Shown: piece by piece, positions 27,011 to 41,055 of the stretch
Numbering within the stretch: the stretch's first letter is position 1
How the letters are laid out: the number at the start of each line of letters is the position of its first letter
Assembly (NCBI GenBank): GCA_043228905.1
Contig: JBHGNT010000002.1
Location: forward strand, 25,854,001 to 25,918,000
Length of the DNA: 64,000 bases
Direction: 5' to 3'
Source: Azolla caroliniana
Lineage: Eukaryota > Plantae > Polypodiophyta
The notes under the pieces: generated by a model
Seen by the model: the letters and a program-made list of their open reading frames with translations, nothing else
What the model was told of the DNA's origin: nothing
Database searches by the model: none
Program-made: the position numbers and the translations under genes

Positions 27011-30000
27011 TCATATTGACGAATCTGCTATTCGTTGATAAGGGGTGCTCATCAACTACATTATATCAATCTGCTAGTTGCTTAATTAAATCACACTAAT
27101 ATGGTAATTTGGCTTCTTGATCACATGAAGATTGATTGAGTAGAAAATGTGGAGCCTAATGAAGCACGAAGCTTACTCTCTAGACACGGCTATGTGAGAA
27201 ACCCAAAATCCTCGTAAATATTATTATGATGGCGTTTGTCAACGATAACCAGACTTCGACTCTTCACTAGAAATGGAGTGTCGCCCAAAGCATTGCACCC
27301 TCAAAGGCTATATACACACATACATACATACACATACAACTAATGCATCTCGTGCGATTTTGCACAATTTACTTACAAAGCGATCTCCTGTCAAAAACCA
27401 AGAGGAATGCCCTCTCTAATCAATCACATTAGAACTCATGTTAATGCACGGAAATGAACTCCGGATCAAAAAGTGGGCATGTGCCTTAATTGAAACAACT
27501 AGAAGCGTAATGAGTGTGCAATTGCTTGACTATGTACTTTGATCTTAATTTTCATGTCATCCATTAAGAGCTCATCTTTCATCAAGCATTTGAAGGTAAC
27601 TTAGAAGATAAGCAAACATACTTTTTGTGTTTTTTTTATAGATATGAGCATATATGCTTTTGGTCATTTTCTCTCTTTTTGGTTTTCTTGTTTTGTTCCT
27701 CTCATGAAGCATCGAAATACTCGTGACTCTAATTGGGTCATTGAATAACTTGTAAAGTTTTGCCTCTTTGTGCCTCCTTTGGGAATTGAAGTGTCTTCCC
27801 GTCTTGGGAGAATCAATCATTGCTTGCTTCTTTTCAACAACATTATCGAAATTGATTCAATTCACCGGTCGACGATCATCTTAGTACGGTGAAGGGGCAA
27901 TGGGGGGCATGAACGAGAAAGTTCATGTGCAATAGTACAAATAAATAGTCCAAGGGGGGTTCGAAAAGTGAGGGTAGGAATGCAAGCCCATTTTTTTGTG
28001 GCTTCCCAAGGGGTAGACAACTAGGCGAGGAAGGGGTATGTTGGTGGTTTTGTGCTAAAAGATACTTGAACCCTTAAATAAAGGGCAATAGCACTTGTTT
28101 TTTGTCTTAATTTGTTTTGTCAAAATAGGCTTCACCACATGTGGACGACCACACTATGTTTGTGTTGTGGGACAAGTTTAACTATTCCAATGTTAACAAG
28201 ATGCTCATCCGCTATCTTTGAAAGACAAATGTTTTTCCTTTTTCTAGACATGTAATAGTTGTGAGTCCCTTTGTTAATATGGGCAATCCATTGCTATTGG
28301 GTGAAAGGGCACCTAGGACAGAATCAAAATGCACTCGAGGTAGTCGAGGCTTGTAACTTTGAAAGAAGTTTGAGAATGTTAGCACAAAGAAATTTACATG
28401 TCATTGTTGGGCGGACATTACACAACAACACAAATGCAACAAAAACAACTGAAACATAAGACTCCAAAATTTGGGGATGATTTCAAACATTTTTTGGGAT
28501 ATGAACATTCTTGGATGGCTATTAAGGTGGTCCTTTATTGAGTAGCATTAAATTCACGATGAGCCATATTGGTGGATCGACCAACAATGATGAACAAAAA
28601 TCCTTTCCTTTCATCAGAAGCAAGAAGGTTCCCTAGTTTCTTCTACGTTCCACGTCTTAGGTTGCAGGAGACCTAAAAAGAGAGTGCGGTGGATTTGCCT
28701 CTCATAATTAGCTTATTCCTTCAAGAAAGCCTAAGTAGGTGTTTGTGTTTTAAGATAAAAAAAAGCTTCGATGAGAATCCAATGGATTTGTTTCTCCCAT
28801 AGAAAGTTCTTTCACTCACTATGTATATGTTATCTATGTGTATTTTGTATCACTGTGGTATGTGTAATTCACCTGTCTCAAGTATGTCCATTCATTCCAA
28901 TGTGACAAACATTGGTAAAAAATTCCAGGATATATTTTTTACTTTGAAATCATTACAATGAATGTTATTTCGACGTCTTGTAGTATGACAATGTTTGATG
29001 ATCCTTGTACAAAAGGCAATCATAGAATATCATTCCCATGAGTAGCTATACAACTTAGGTATCCATTGGATTAAGCCTTTCAAAACTAAAACTAGGGCTT
29101 AGTGGCTTTCGACTATTGCACCATTATCTACACAAAAACATCATATAAAAATTCCATTACCCATATAAATGGTATATTGCATGTTTTATTATTATTATCT
29201 ACGTTTGAATTGAAGTAATGCATCATTTTATGGAGCTAGTTAGTCCTTCATTCTATGTTTATAAATGGGCACTAGGTTAGATGCTATGAAAAGTTCGAAT
29301 GCACGTGATCCATGCCAAATATATTGAATGAGAGACCTATGAAAAAATGAAGTGTAGACATTTCTCATTGAGTGTGTAATACATGCCAATCTATTGGAAT
29401 CCTTAGGGTTGTTGAATGACATGACAGTAGTAGGGACAAACTCCACGCACCATAATTCCATTCTTTAATTTACCATATAATTCTCTTGTTCCAATGCTTT
29501 TTCTCCAACACTTACCATTTGTTTAATCAATTGATCTACAAGAGCAATGTACATCTAGTTAAGTCGCTTTAGTGAATATCGAATACAGTGTTTTCAGGTC
29601 ATCTAAAATAGCTCATCAAATGTTGACGTCAACTCCAACTTCCATCTATTTTTCTTATATTGATCTCGTTTCAATGTCTCTTGTCAACATTTACCATTTT
29701 TTTATCATTCTTGCCATAAGAATGATCTACTCTATTTTTCTTGCTTCAACAAACATAGAATGTGTTACATCCAAATAGTGGATGGAAGTTTGACTTCTAT
29801 CACTCTCAATTTCTAAGGTTCACATTAGACCACGAAATGAAATCATTGGAAAAATAATGCTTTTTAGTGTTCCTTTTGTACATTACTAGAGGAGAAACAT
29901 GTTCTTTCTTTTTGACGAGTTATTGTAAACATTATATCTTGAATTCTTGGTAATGAAGTCAATAAATGAACAATTGAAATAAGGCGGATGTTTAAAAAAT

Positions 30001-32889
30001 GTAAATTTAACAAGTTGGGACCATACATACTAGGGACACGATTATTCGTCTACAATGGATTTAATTGTTTTCACATAAAAATATCTTCAGCAATGCTTAC
30101 TAACTCGAGAGTCGACATATGACTTCAATTAGCATGAATATTACTTAAGACTTGGACATGCATTATGAATGTGTAAATGGATCAAGCTTCTATAAGCAAG
30201 GTTCATTAACTAAAATATATCAACACGAAAGTTCCTAAATTGTCCTAACTCTCGGGCATTGGAAAGAAAATTGGAGTATGAAAATGACATTTAACAATAC
30301 ACGAGGCACCAATTCTTTGACATCAATTATAAAAAAACCAAGATATGCTCTTGTGCCATTGATATCCATGCTGATAATAACCAATGTTTTATATTTGTCA
30401 GATTCCATGCATGACACATGTTGAACGTTAGAGCTTTAGAAAAATAAAAGTTAAAAGTTAAGTGCCATTCGAAGAATTCTAAATGAACTTTTTTTTTGCT
30501 AAGAGAGAGCTTCTCCTAGCAAAAGAAAAACAAAAAACTACTAAAGCATGGTGAAAGGACTCCATAAAAGTGTCTCCACTCCAAGGGTTTACAATTATTA
30601 GAAACATCAAAAGATAAGGATTTATGAGATTGCTTTTACCAATCGATACCCATCCACTGCATCTAGTGCCCTTCTTCTCTCTTTCTCTTTGTGCGTGATT
30701 CCAAAGCTAGTTCCATATGATTGTGCTATTTGAGGTCATGTCAAAATGCACTAATCTAGTGGACACTAAATTTTAGAAAAAAATTAGAAACTTGTTGTAT
30801 AATGTGCTACGTGATATTATGTTGTAGATGGCGTGGTATAACTTTTAATATACTATGTTGCTTGAATATATTTTTCTTGATTCTTTACAATACACGTGAT
30901 GGATGGTTCCTGAATTAGCCCCAACATTGTAACTATGGTTTGAGCACTTGCCTATTTAGGTGTATTTGTATATGAATGAGAATTAAGATGCCATACATGA
31001 CTTAGCATGATACACAAACAAGGTTGTAATTCTGGATAAATGAACACGTTGAGAACTTAGTTTTGTAACACATAAATATAAAAAAATACAAAATGTGAGC
31101 TTGTTCTTTTGCATACTTTACAATTTCCCAAGAATAAAAGCAAGCTAGGGTGCCAATACCTTTTTCATTCAATGATAGCTTCTGATTGATACATATGTGA
31201 ACACCACTTTAAAATGACAAATAGGGAGAAATGTGATATACTAAAACAAAAGTTGTCTTTTACTTGCCCTAACCGAACCAAGCTTTAAATCTCTGTTAAC
31301 TATAGTGTAACCAAGATCAGTTGTTTTACGCATTATCGTTGTTCCATTGTGAACCATGGAAACTAATTTTCATAAAACGTTACAACCTCTTACAAGTATT
31401 CCAATTATCATCACATGCTATCGGATGCACTCACTGTTATCCTTGTAGGTCTTATAAATAATGGAATTTTTAGTGTTGGATTGACCAATAAATTGAATTT
31501 TCTAAAAATTGTCGATGAATGAATATTACAAAACGATGAATAATATTGATGCTTCATGGGATGGTTGACATTATTTTGCCTTATATAAATGATAATATAA
31601 TTGTTGTGGTATGGTTTTGAGAGGTTACCAATGATAACTTCAAATATCTTCCAGGACGAATAATCTCGTTGATAGTGTTGTAGCAACAATACATATTAAT
31701 GTGTGTTATGAATGTCAAAGGTCACAAATTGAAAGTTTACTAAATGTAGGTCGCTAACATAAATGAGGCCAACACAATTCCCAAATTCTAGGAGCCTTTT
31801 TTAATCACATTGTTATGTCGGATGGTTGTCTTTTGAGATTTCAGCGAAAATATTGTTACATTACATACCCCAATACGCTTGTCATTCTCTCCCTCACTTG
31901 CTCTTCTTCTCTTAAAATTTAAAAATTTGAACATGGCATTGACATAAGGCCATGCTATTTTCGACCCGTTGTTGTGGAATGTAGATTTGTAAAACCATTA
32001 TTCCGAAAGTTGACATCTCACACTAGAAAGCAACATTTTCAAAATGAATGCAAGATTTCTTGAGAATTGAACTCAAAACCTTCATGTTGTGGAGCACGAG
32101 ACTTACCATATGGTTGAAAGAAGTTTGGATTTGGATAAGGACAACGTCCATTGTCAAAAAATAACTATCCAAACTCCAGGTGCCTACGAAGTTGCTCAAT
32201 GGCATCAGTCTTAAAATTTATAATTTGACAATAAAAGTTCGTAGTTGGAACCCATATTGTAAATTGTGATGTTAAGTAGACATTCATGTTTTGAATTGTC
32301 TTTACCCAAAAATATGTTAGACTTAGATTTCCCTTAAAAGCCTACAATGACACGTTAGAATTCTCAACGTAGAAAGATCAAATATATTGATTTTAAATTT
32401 TAATATTACTCAACATCCTCCTTTGTGCAATGATGAATATCCACACATTTATTGAAACTTATATTCTTATTCTTGTTTGTCCATTCTTGGTATGTCAATA
32501 ATAAGGTCCAACATGAAAATTAACGCCTTGGAAATGCTTGAGAAATCCTAAACTATATGAGATATCCATATATCAAGAACGAAGTTGGTGATGAGGGATG
32601 TTCAATGATTGTGTCAAACTTGATGATGGTGTAAGATGAGTCATGCATGCAAGGACATACATTCTTTTCTTTGAAATGATATTTTGCCCCACATCAAGGC
32701 AATTTAGAAGATACCTCAAGGAGTGATATATTTGTTTTAAAATGTGGTGGTTTATATTGCATATCATCCAATTACGTTAGTTGAATCTATCAAAATAGAG
32801 AGACATACATATGTACATACATGGTTGAAATTTGGATCTTGAAAAAATTATGATGTATGTACACATGCCCTAACAATTACATATAATAT

Positions 32890-33152
32890 GCATGCATACA
32901 ATTGCATGATGATTCATGCTAGCATGTCAACGTGTGCTCTCTTTCACATACACAAACTTGGACATTATTAATATCTTAATTAAAATTAAACAACATTAAA
33001 GAGGGAAAATAAGGAAGAATGGGCATGCATACAATTGCATGATGATTCAACTTAGCATGTTAACGTGTGCTCTCTTTCACACACACAAACTTGGACATTG
33101 TTAAAATCTTAATTAACATTAAACAAAACTAAAGAGGGAAAATAAGGAAGAA
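32890..33152. repeat. Tandem duplication, about 132-bp unit x2
   Basis: gcatgcatacaattgcatgatgattca...aaagagggaaaataaggaagaa at about 32890 and about 33023. Confidence 0.88.
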
Positions 33153-33747
33153 CAAGCATTGGTTCCCCACTGGTGTCTCATATCAATGTGTACGAACATG
33201 GATCGTACCTTGGGTTTGAAGGAGGTGGCACATGTGTATGAAGCTAGAGCTTTGTCACATTGTCATGGTTTCTATCTCAAAACAATAAAGAAAAGACACC
33301 CCCTCTTTGTGAAGGAAGCCAACCTTCTTATATAGGCTCAAACCTTAAGCCCTTGTGTGTTTCACACTTGGTTGCATTTTCTACCAAAAAGGGCGAAGTG
33401 ATGAAACACTCTAAAGTTACCCCCACCATAGGATTGAGATAACTCAATCCTCACCCTTCATTCCGTATGAATTGGCTCAAAACTATGGTTAGATTATGCT
33501 CATAACTGACATGCACAATTTCCACTCTTTATCTATAGATAAATGAATTGGAGGGAGGGTACATCAGTTGATAATGCCCTCACATTAAGTTTAAGTGGTA
33601 AATGAGATGTCATATAACCATGATTCAAACTTGTTGGTTGTGATTTTAAATTATTGAAGTGAAAATTTTGAAGCCTTCTCCTACAAACATGACTTTCCAA
33701 ATCCGTTTTTTCACAACCCACGAGGACTCAAAATAATAGCATAATCA

Positions 33748-36700
33748 GAAGAACCGAATGCTATTTTGAAGGACCGCAACATGGTGGGCGAACAGACGAC
33801 AAGGTCAACCAACATTTCTTTGAGTACAAGGCACCCAAGGGTGGTGGTGGACGTATACAAGGGTTGCGCAAACCAAATGGCCCAATAACGGAGGACAAGG
33901 ATGAGACTTTGCATATGGCAACACAATACTATCGAGACCTACTCGCACCTATGCATATGAGGCAAAACATGGAGTTGGCTAATAGGGTGATGACTTGCAT
34001 TCACCCCAAGGTAACCCAAGAGATGGAAGTTGTGCTCGATAACCCCATTTCTTGATTAGAACTATTAGAGGTGATCAGGGAATTGTGGAGAGGAGCATGC
34101 CCGACTTCGATGGTCTCTCACGAGACTTTTTTGAGATTCATTGGGAAAGTGTTATCCCATCGTTGGAAGTCGGGGTTCAGGAGATTTGGACCTCATGAAC
34201 GATGTTGACTAGTCTGGTTGATGGGATGATCTATCTCATCCCCAAAGCGGCAGAGCGAAACCTAGAGTTGCGCTAGTGGCATCCAATCACGATCCTTAAC
34301 ACGATATACAAGATACTCGCAAAAGTCCTAACTCGACAGTTAGCAAGCTTCTTACTGGACATCATACATGAGAATCAAACAAGCTTTATCAAGAGCAGGT
34401 GTATCGTTGATAATGTGTTGCTTCTCTGGGAAGTTATATCATTGGCAGATCGCTCCGTATTGAGCTTGACTATTCTGATCTTAGACTTCGAGAAGGCCTA
34501 CGACAGGGTGTTATGACCCTTTTTCGAAAATGTGATGAGAGCTATGGGCCTACCCCAAAAATGGAGGAATTGCACTTTTGCACTCTATCGGGTTGCTACC
34601 AGTAGCGTGTTGGTAGCTGGTGTTAGGGCCCCCGCCTTCCACTACAATGCTTAGTGAGGCAAGGTTGTCCCCTAGCCCCATCTCTCTATCTATTTGTAAC
34701 CGAGGCTTTCTCCACCTACTTACAAGCACCAAGCAGCGGACTGAGGGGATTGCCCATCCCCAATGTGACTGAAGATCTTTTGTTATCTGAATATGCCGAT
34801 GATACGATTGTTTTCTTGCAGGGCGATGAGGAGAATTTGCAGCAGGCTGAACATCTTGTCGAGGACTTTTGTTAGGGCGTTGGTGCCAAGGCCTCTGGTT
34901 CAACAAACAAAAGAAACCAAGGTGGCAACCCCATGCCGATTTTACATGGGTCCCTGATTGGGACGACGTTCAAGTACTTAGGATTTATGATGGGGAGCGC
35001 AATTGTCCCATGTGCAAGCCAAAATAAGCAGGAAGTTGAACCAATGGAGTAGATCTAAATTATCTTTCACTGGTAGGGTCCTTATTGCGAACCAAGTGAT
35101 GCTCGCCACCATGTGGCACTCAATCTCATGCAGGATTATGGACCCTGCAAGTATGCACGCGATTAAGGATGCCATCAGGGGGTTTATATGGTCAGGTAAG
35201 GACAACCCAATGGCTGCTGCTAGAGTGTCATGACGTTGGTTAACACAACCGCGGGCCAAAGGGGGGCTTGGCCTCATAGACCCCTTAATGCAGAGCCGAG
35301 CATTGCTAGCCAAAATGGTGGTTCGATGCCTCCTGCCAGGGAAGGTGTGCTGGAAGGTACTACTTTGCAACAATTTGCAAGCAAGGACTCCCAAGTATGG
35401 TTGGCCTTGGCCTGACTCCTTGAACTAGTGTTGCGAAGTCCCACCCAAGATGGCTTGTCAACCGAAGGATAGGGTCACGAAATCCATCTTGCGGGTATGG
35501 TGTGTATGACATCATTTGGTCACACACACCCTGGAGACACTAATCGAGTGGACTAGACAACCATTATTTTGGAATTCTCAGGTGCGAACAAGTGACAACA
35601 TGATGTTAGGGCGGCTTAAGGGCCTAGCATGGGGAAAGCTGGCGCAGACAAGGCTCCACTCTGTAGATGATTGGAGATGCATGGTTGCTTTAGGAGGAGC
35701 CCAAGAGGATCCATTACCTCCCCTCAAGGGAGCTATGAAAATGCGGAGATTGATAGTTGCGGCAATTGACAAAGTTCTGAGGGGGGAGGTGAGAGAAGAT
35801 GCATGGTTCGGTCTCTTTGATGAGGCTAGAATGGTTAAGTTGCTGAAGGGCGTGAGCGGATCGGGAAGAGATACATTTTTTGGGGAGAGTCAAGGTAGGG
35901 GCTCTTGGTACCCAATCCGAGTGGTGGCGTAGGCTGATAACATCTGGAAGACAGACCCCGATGTTGCTAAGGTGGAACCCCATTGGAAGTTATGGGTATA
36001 CGGTTGTCGTCCCTTTGTCAAACTAGAATGGAACCCAGGAGATTTCATGTGGAAACAGGACGAAAGACTCCGCCATTTCTTCGAATACAACACTAAATTG
36101 GGTTGGACTTTACAACTGCAGCTAGATGGCCCCCTACGCAATGGTTGGCGAACATTGGGCATCCCTTATGAGGTGCTCATTACTTTTTGGAAGGGTCTTT
36201 GACTTCTACACATGCCTGAAAAGATCAAGCTCTTTTGGTGGCAGATCGATCATAATGTGGTTCCCGTTGGTGAATGCCTAGGTAAACACGACGACCCGTT
36301 AGGTTGCCCACTTTTCTCTTCACCTATTGAGACTCTGAGACATTGTCTGTGGGATTGCCCTCAAGCTCAAAAGGTATGGGATAGAGTGACTCACCTCCTT
36401 GCGACATGTGAAGTGGAAGGAACAACATCGTGGAGCATTGTGGCATGGATTAATCCCTCGATTGATAGGTAGACGGATATCGTCAATGCAGATAGTCGGT
36501 GCTATGTATGCATGAGAGGCTAAATCGTCAAGATCTGTTTTGAGAGAGGCTTGCAGTCCGCATTCCCTAGGTTCCCGGAAATTTGGATGTTGATCGCAGG
36601 CTTCACCTTGTGGTATTTATGGAAAGCGCGTTGCCTAAAGGTCTTCCAAGATCTAGTACAACCCCTGGAGGAAGTGATCATGGGCACATGGTTCACACTT

Positions 36701-37118
36701 ATGAGCTGCCTAAAAAGGCAATTAGACGAGGTTTGCAGCCACTCCAATGACGTGGTCACTGCTCGTTGCGCTTTTGGCAGAAATGGCGGAACACGCCTAT
36801 GGTGACGCAAGGAGGAAGTGGCCCAAGGTGGAACTACCAGCCCCCACGTTGGTTGTTTCCTTCTCACATGCCATCCTCTCTTCGTTGTAGGCATCAGGAG
36901 TCGGCTCGTACTAGTCAACACTGAAGGGCACCGCTTTTAGCTATAGGTATTTACTTACATTAAGTAGTTAGTCCGAAAGGCTATGTAACTAGTCTCATTT
37001 TCTTGAACTTGATTGGAGGGAGATTCCCCGATTTGTGTATAAGCCTCCTTGTATAGTCTCTTTGTAATAATCCTTCCTAACTAATGGGAAAGTAGCTTCA
37101 TTTTGGAACAAAAAAGAG
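33748..37118 (+). mobile_element. 5'-truncated, inactivated L1/Tx1-type LINE (ORF2 RT plus zf-RVT) with target-site duplication
   Basis: RT motifs LIPK, WHPITILNTIYKILAK, LDFEKAYDRV, RQGCPLAPSLY, YADDT, KYLG; GRVLIANQVMLA; zf-RVT KIKLFWWQI..ETLRHCLWDCPQAQKVW. Many stops and frameshifts. A-rich tail at about 37108-37115. AGCATAATCA flanks both ends (33738-33747 and 37119-37128). Confidence 0.93.
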
Positions 37119-37979
37119 AGCATAATCACATTCCTTTCAAGAAAATTATGAAATATTTTTTATCCAAATTAATATGTTAAGCATGCAAACATATGTATAC
37201 TCTCTCTATAAAGTATGGCTTTACCAATTCACTTTTCATATTCTTAGAATCAAAACAGAAACGCCATTAGTAGACCATTTTAAAATGGGAACCAAATCTT
37301 TTAGTGATTGTGCAATGAAAGGCCTACCCACAAAACATAGTTGGAACTTAATAATATTTTTTAGGTTTCAACAACAAATGGTTTTTCCACAAGGGCATCA
37401 TGAATAGAAGTAGTTATGCAACTATTCTTATGAACAAAAATCTATACTTTTTACTTTAATGGGGTCTTTTAGAGGATATTGCTCCAAAATTCCAAGTATA
37501 ATATTTGGATTCTATTAATATTGAAACAATTTCCTATCATTGGTGAAACTACCAACCTACTCTACACTTTCATATGGACATCCAAGTCGCACAGGGTAAT
37601 TCATGGGAAAACAAACACCCTAGGGAGGGGAAGGGAAGAAGAAGATTGTTTTAATGCTTGTTCAATACTAAGCAAGAAAATAGCTCTAATTTGTGTTGTA
37701 TTGATTCTTGAATGGCTTTTTGTGTGGTGGGTTTCTCTTCTAGGTTGTCTAAAAGAGGTTACCTTTTTGTTATCCTCAAGCTCACAATTGTAGCATGAAA
37801 TTCAAAAATTGCAAGAAAGAAAGAAAGAAATATTAACGTCTTCTAAGGCCAAAATTGACCCATGAGACAATTGGTTTACAACAAAATGAGTACTTATCCA
37901 ATCATCACAACTAAAATAAAATAACGTAAAAATAGAACTTAAGCTAAAAGAGTTCTAATAGTGTACAAAACATGGTATA

Positions 37980-39497
37980 CAGTAGATATTCGGTTAAGTG
38001 TGTGCCCACTTAAATGTGTCATTCTATTAAGTGCGCTTTTTATAGAGGTCAAAATAGAGATCATAAAATTTTCATTGTTTCATGATGAAATTACATAAAA
38101 CCAAATTGAAACTATATTCTAAACATTCAAAAAACAACAAAATGATCAACATTCAATAAAATTGATGTTGTGAACCACAAAATGAATTGAACTTAGATCT
38201 TGCATTCCTACCATTGCATAGGTTGGGTGAGGGTCAATGAAACGAAAACTATCGATTGGTTAATCAATTAATAGCTCATTATGTGGACTCATATTAGGGG
38301 AAAGTTATTAATCGATTAATCGCTCATTATGTGAGCTCACATAAAGGAAAACTATTAATTGATTAATAGCTCATTATGTGGACTCATATTAGGGAAAGCC
38401 ATTAATCGATTAATAGTTCATTATGTGAGCTCACATAAAGGAAAAACTATTAATCGATTAATAGCTCATTATGTGGACTTACATTAGGGGAAAGCTATTA
38501 ATCGATTAATAGCTCATTATGTGGATTCACATTAGGGGAAAGCTATTAATCAATTAATAGCTCATTATGTGAACTCACATAAAGGAAAAACTATCAATCG
38601 ATTAATAGCTCATTATGTGGACTCACATCAGGGGAAAGTTATTAATTGATTAATAGCTCATTATGTGGACTCACATTAGGGGAAAGCTATTAATTGATTA
38701 ATAGTTTTTCCTTTATGTGAGTTCACATAAAAGAAAAACTATTAATCGATTAATAGATCATTATGTGGACTCACATGAAAGGAAATCGATTAATCGATTA
38801 ATAGCTCGTTATGTGGACTTGCATAAAAGAAAAAATATTAATCAATTAAAAGCTCATTATGTGGACTCACATTAGGGGAAAGCTATTAATCAATTAATAG
38901 TTTTTATTTTATGTGAGTTCACATAAAAGAAAAACTATTAATCGATTAATAGCTCATTATGTGGACTCACATGAAGGGAAAGCTATTAATCAATTAATAT
39001 CTCGTTATGTGGACTCACATAAAAGAAAAACTATTAATCGATTGATAGCTCCCTACTCTTAGGTATTTTTGTAGCACTATCTCAACCAAGTACGTGGATC
39101 GTTTCTCCTAAACCACATGCCACAATTCAAACTAATGACATCACGCACAATCTCTAAACAATTACCATCTAAAGTATGTAGAGAATCATGCCATCTAAAC
39201 TATCCACAAGACCTCCCTTCTCTTTAGAATCTTTCTCTCGTATTTATAGCATAGACACCAAAAAATAGACATAAGAAAGAAACGTGGTGAGTGACATGGA
39301 TTGCAACAGCGTGGGAGCAATTATAGCAGCAAGGAGGGCCTCAACGATGGCTGTTGGGCTTGGGCTTTCTCAAAATTAGAACAGGAAAGAAAAAATTGGG
39401 ATTTTTTTTTTTACTAAAAAAGCCCTAAATGTGCAACTTAGTTAAGTGCGCACCTTTCCCTTGCATTCAAAGTGCGCACTTAAACGAATGTTTGTTG
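37980..39497. mobile_element. Non-autonomous Tc1/mariner-superfamily (pogo/Tigger-like) DNA transposon
   Basis: Left end TA|CAGTAGATATTCGGTTAAGTGTG; reverse complement of the right end TA|CAACAAACATTCGTTTAAGTGCG. TA flanks both sides. Subterminal TAAGTGCGC motifs at both ends. No ORF. Confidence 0.7.
38245..39050. repeat. Palindrome-rich minisatellite, about 48-bp unit, about 16-17 copies
   Basis: Unit about GCTATTAATCGATTAATAGCTCATTATGTGGACTCACATTAGGGGAAA; period 48 (for example 38461 to 38509). Confidence 0.95.
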
Positions 39498-39509
39498 TAC
39501 TCGATAAAG

Positions 39510-41055
39510 GAAGTGACTTTACACTAAGCCTAATTTTATTTCCACCCAAGCCTCTTGAAAAGAAGTGGGAGGTCAAAGGGTTTTGGTGTGGGTGTGACTT
39601 GTGGTCCTAATGTAGAGAGTGTCCTAGCCATGGTTTCTAGGCGGTGTAGCTCACGTTCCCTTATTTTCATTATTGCTTTTGCACCACGTTGAGTTGCTTT
39701 GAAACCCGGCACCCGAGGACGTCTGGTTCTTCTTTGGTTTTCTGCCTCATCAAGGGAAAGGCTGAGTGGTGCATGTGTGTCGACAATTGTTGTCTCCCCC
39801 TGTTCTTGAAAAACTTATTTTGTTACATGTTGGTGAACATTAACAACCTTATTGTCAACATTTTGTAACTTATTCTCTCTGTGTTGTTTTAGTTCTAGAA
39901 TGTATTTGCCTAATTTCTTTATATCTAGAGTATCTAATAGTTTGGGGAGGGTGGGAGAGGAACCAAGTATGTCTTGGTATTTTGCCCTTATCTCTGCGTA
40001 GGTTGGACACTTGCATGTAAAGTGATACTCATCCTTTATCTCTATGTGGCATAACCTACATATCCTTTCCTCCCTAAGGACTCCATTAGTATGACCACTC
40101 TCAATCTCAAGTTGGTGAGATGATATTCTAAGTTGTCCAACGGCAACCCTTAGTGCATGTGGTAAGAATACATCTAGATATTTTGGTCGTGTGATAAAAC
40201 TTAACATAGAGAAGTGCATGAAGTGTTCCTTACAATACAACATTTTAGATGGGAGTGGCTCTAGTGGGGTGATCCATTTATACCGAGTGTAAATTTGCCA
40301 TATTTCTTGGCGTATTACTTTATTGCGGTCCTCATAAGAGATTAAAGTGTTATCAATCGTGTGGTTGTACCTAAGGGGAGGTAGGTTATTAATGCCTAGA
40401 CCATTCGCAAGAAGCCAACTCACCATCATGCCATACCATGAGCTAGTATAGCCGGACTTATACAATGATCGAGAGGCCTTAAAAGCTTGATAAGGTATTC
40501 TATTATGTGGTTGGCTATGTCTCCTGTGAATAAGGACTACAAGTTGGAAAAGTGCTTCTACTAACATTGGGGGTAAAGTGAACTCAACCCTAATAATGTC
40601 ATGCGATACTATCGATTTGCTTTGGAGTTGGCGTGATAACATCATCACCAATGGTCTCTCTAATTACGTCCACATGAAAGATGGTAATCCTGGAGCCCAA
40701 ACCACTGATGCATACATGAGGGAGGGGACCACTAATGAGTCAAAGAGCCACCCTTTAGGCCGTGGCTCTTGAAAGTATGCTTGGTGGCATTTTCTCTCTA
40801 GGAGTGCGAGGGATGCATGTCCTTTCATAATTCTATCCTTCATTGCCTATGTCATCGAAAATTTACTTGAGCAAGCACTGAAAGGGACTCCAAGATAAAC
40901 ATATGATCTAACCACCTCAACTGGGTTATGGGAGATAGTTAGGTGACACTTAGCTCTAACTTGGGCTGATGTGTGGAATATAAGGACTTTAGTTTTCCCT
41001 AGATTCACTATCAATCCTCGTTGTGCACAAAAGTCATCTAAGGCATTAAGAGCAA
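39510..41055 (-). mobile_element. 5'-truncated non-LTR retrotransposon, RTEX-like (RT C-terminal part plus C-terminal CCHC)
   Basis: Minus strand LNALDDFCAQRGLIVNLGKTKVLIF..VVRSYVYLGVPF (late RT motifs, about 41050-40880). ORF 39815-40651 contains LRISSHQLEIESG..REERICRLC..DEYHFTCKCPTYAEIRAKY. The 3' boundary is approximate and the clade assignment is tentative. Confidence 0.8.

Noticed and set aside
27100-32800. Short ORFs in long AT-rich intergenic tracts (also 15500-19300, 41100-49400 and 56600-61000)
   Set aside because: No coherent splice chains or confident motifs. Probably old TE debris that I cannot classify by eye.
38245-39050. CRISPR-like regularly spaced palindromic repeats
   Set aside because: The sequences between palindromes are near-identical rather than unique spacers, there are no cas genes and the context is eukaryotic. 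It is a minisatellite.
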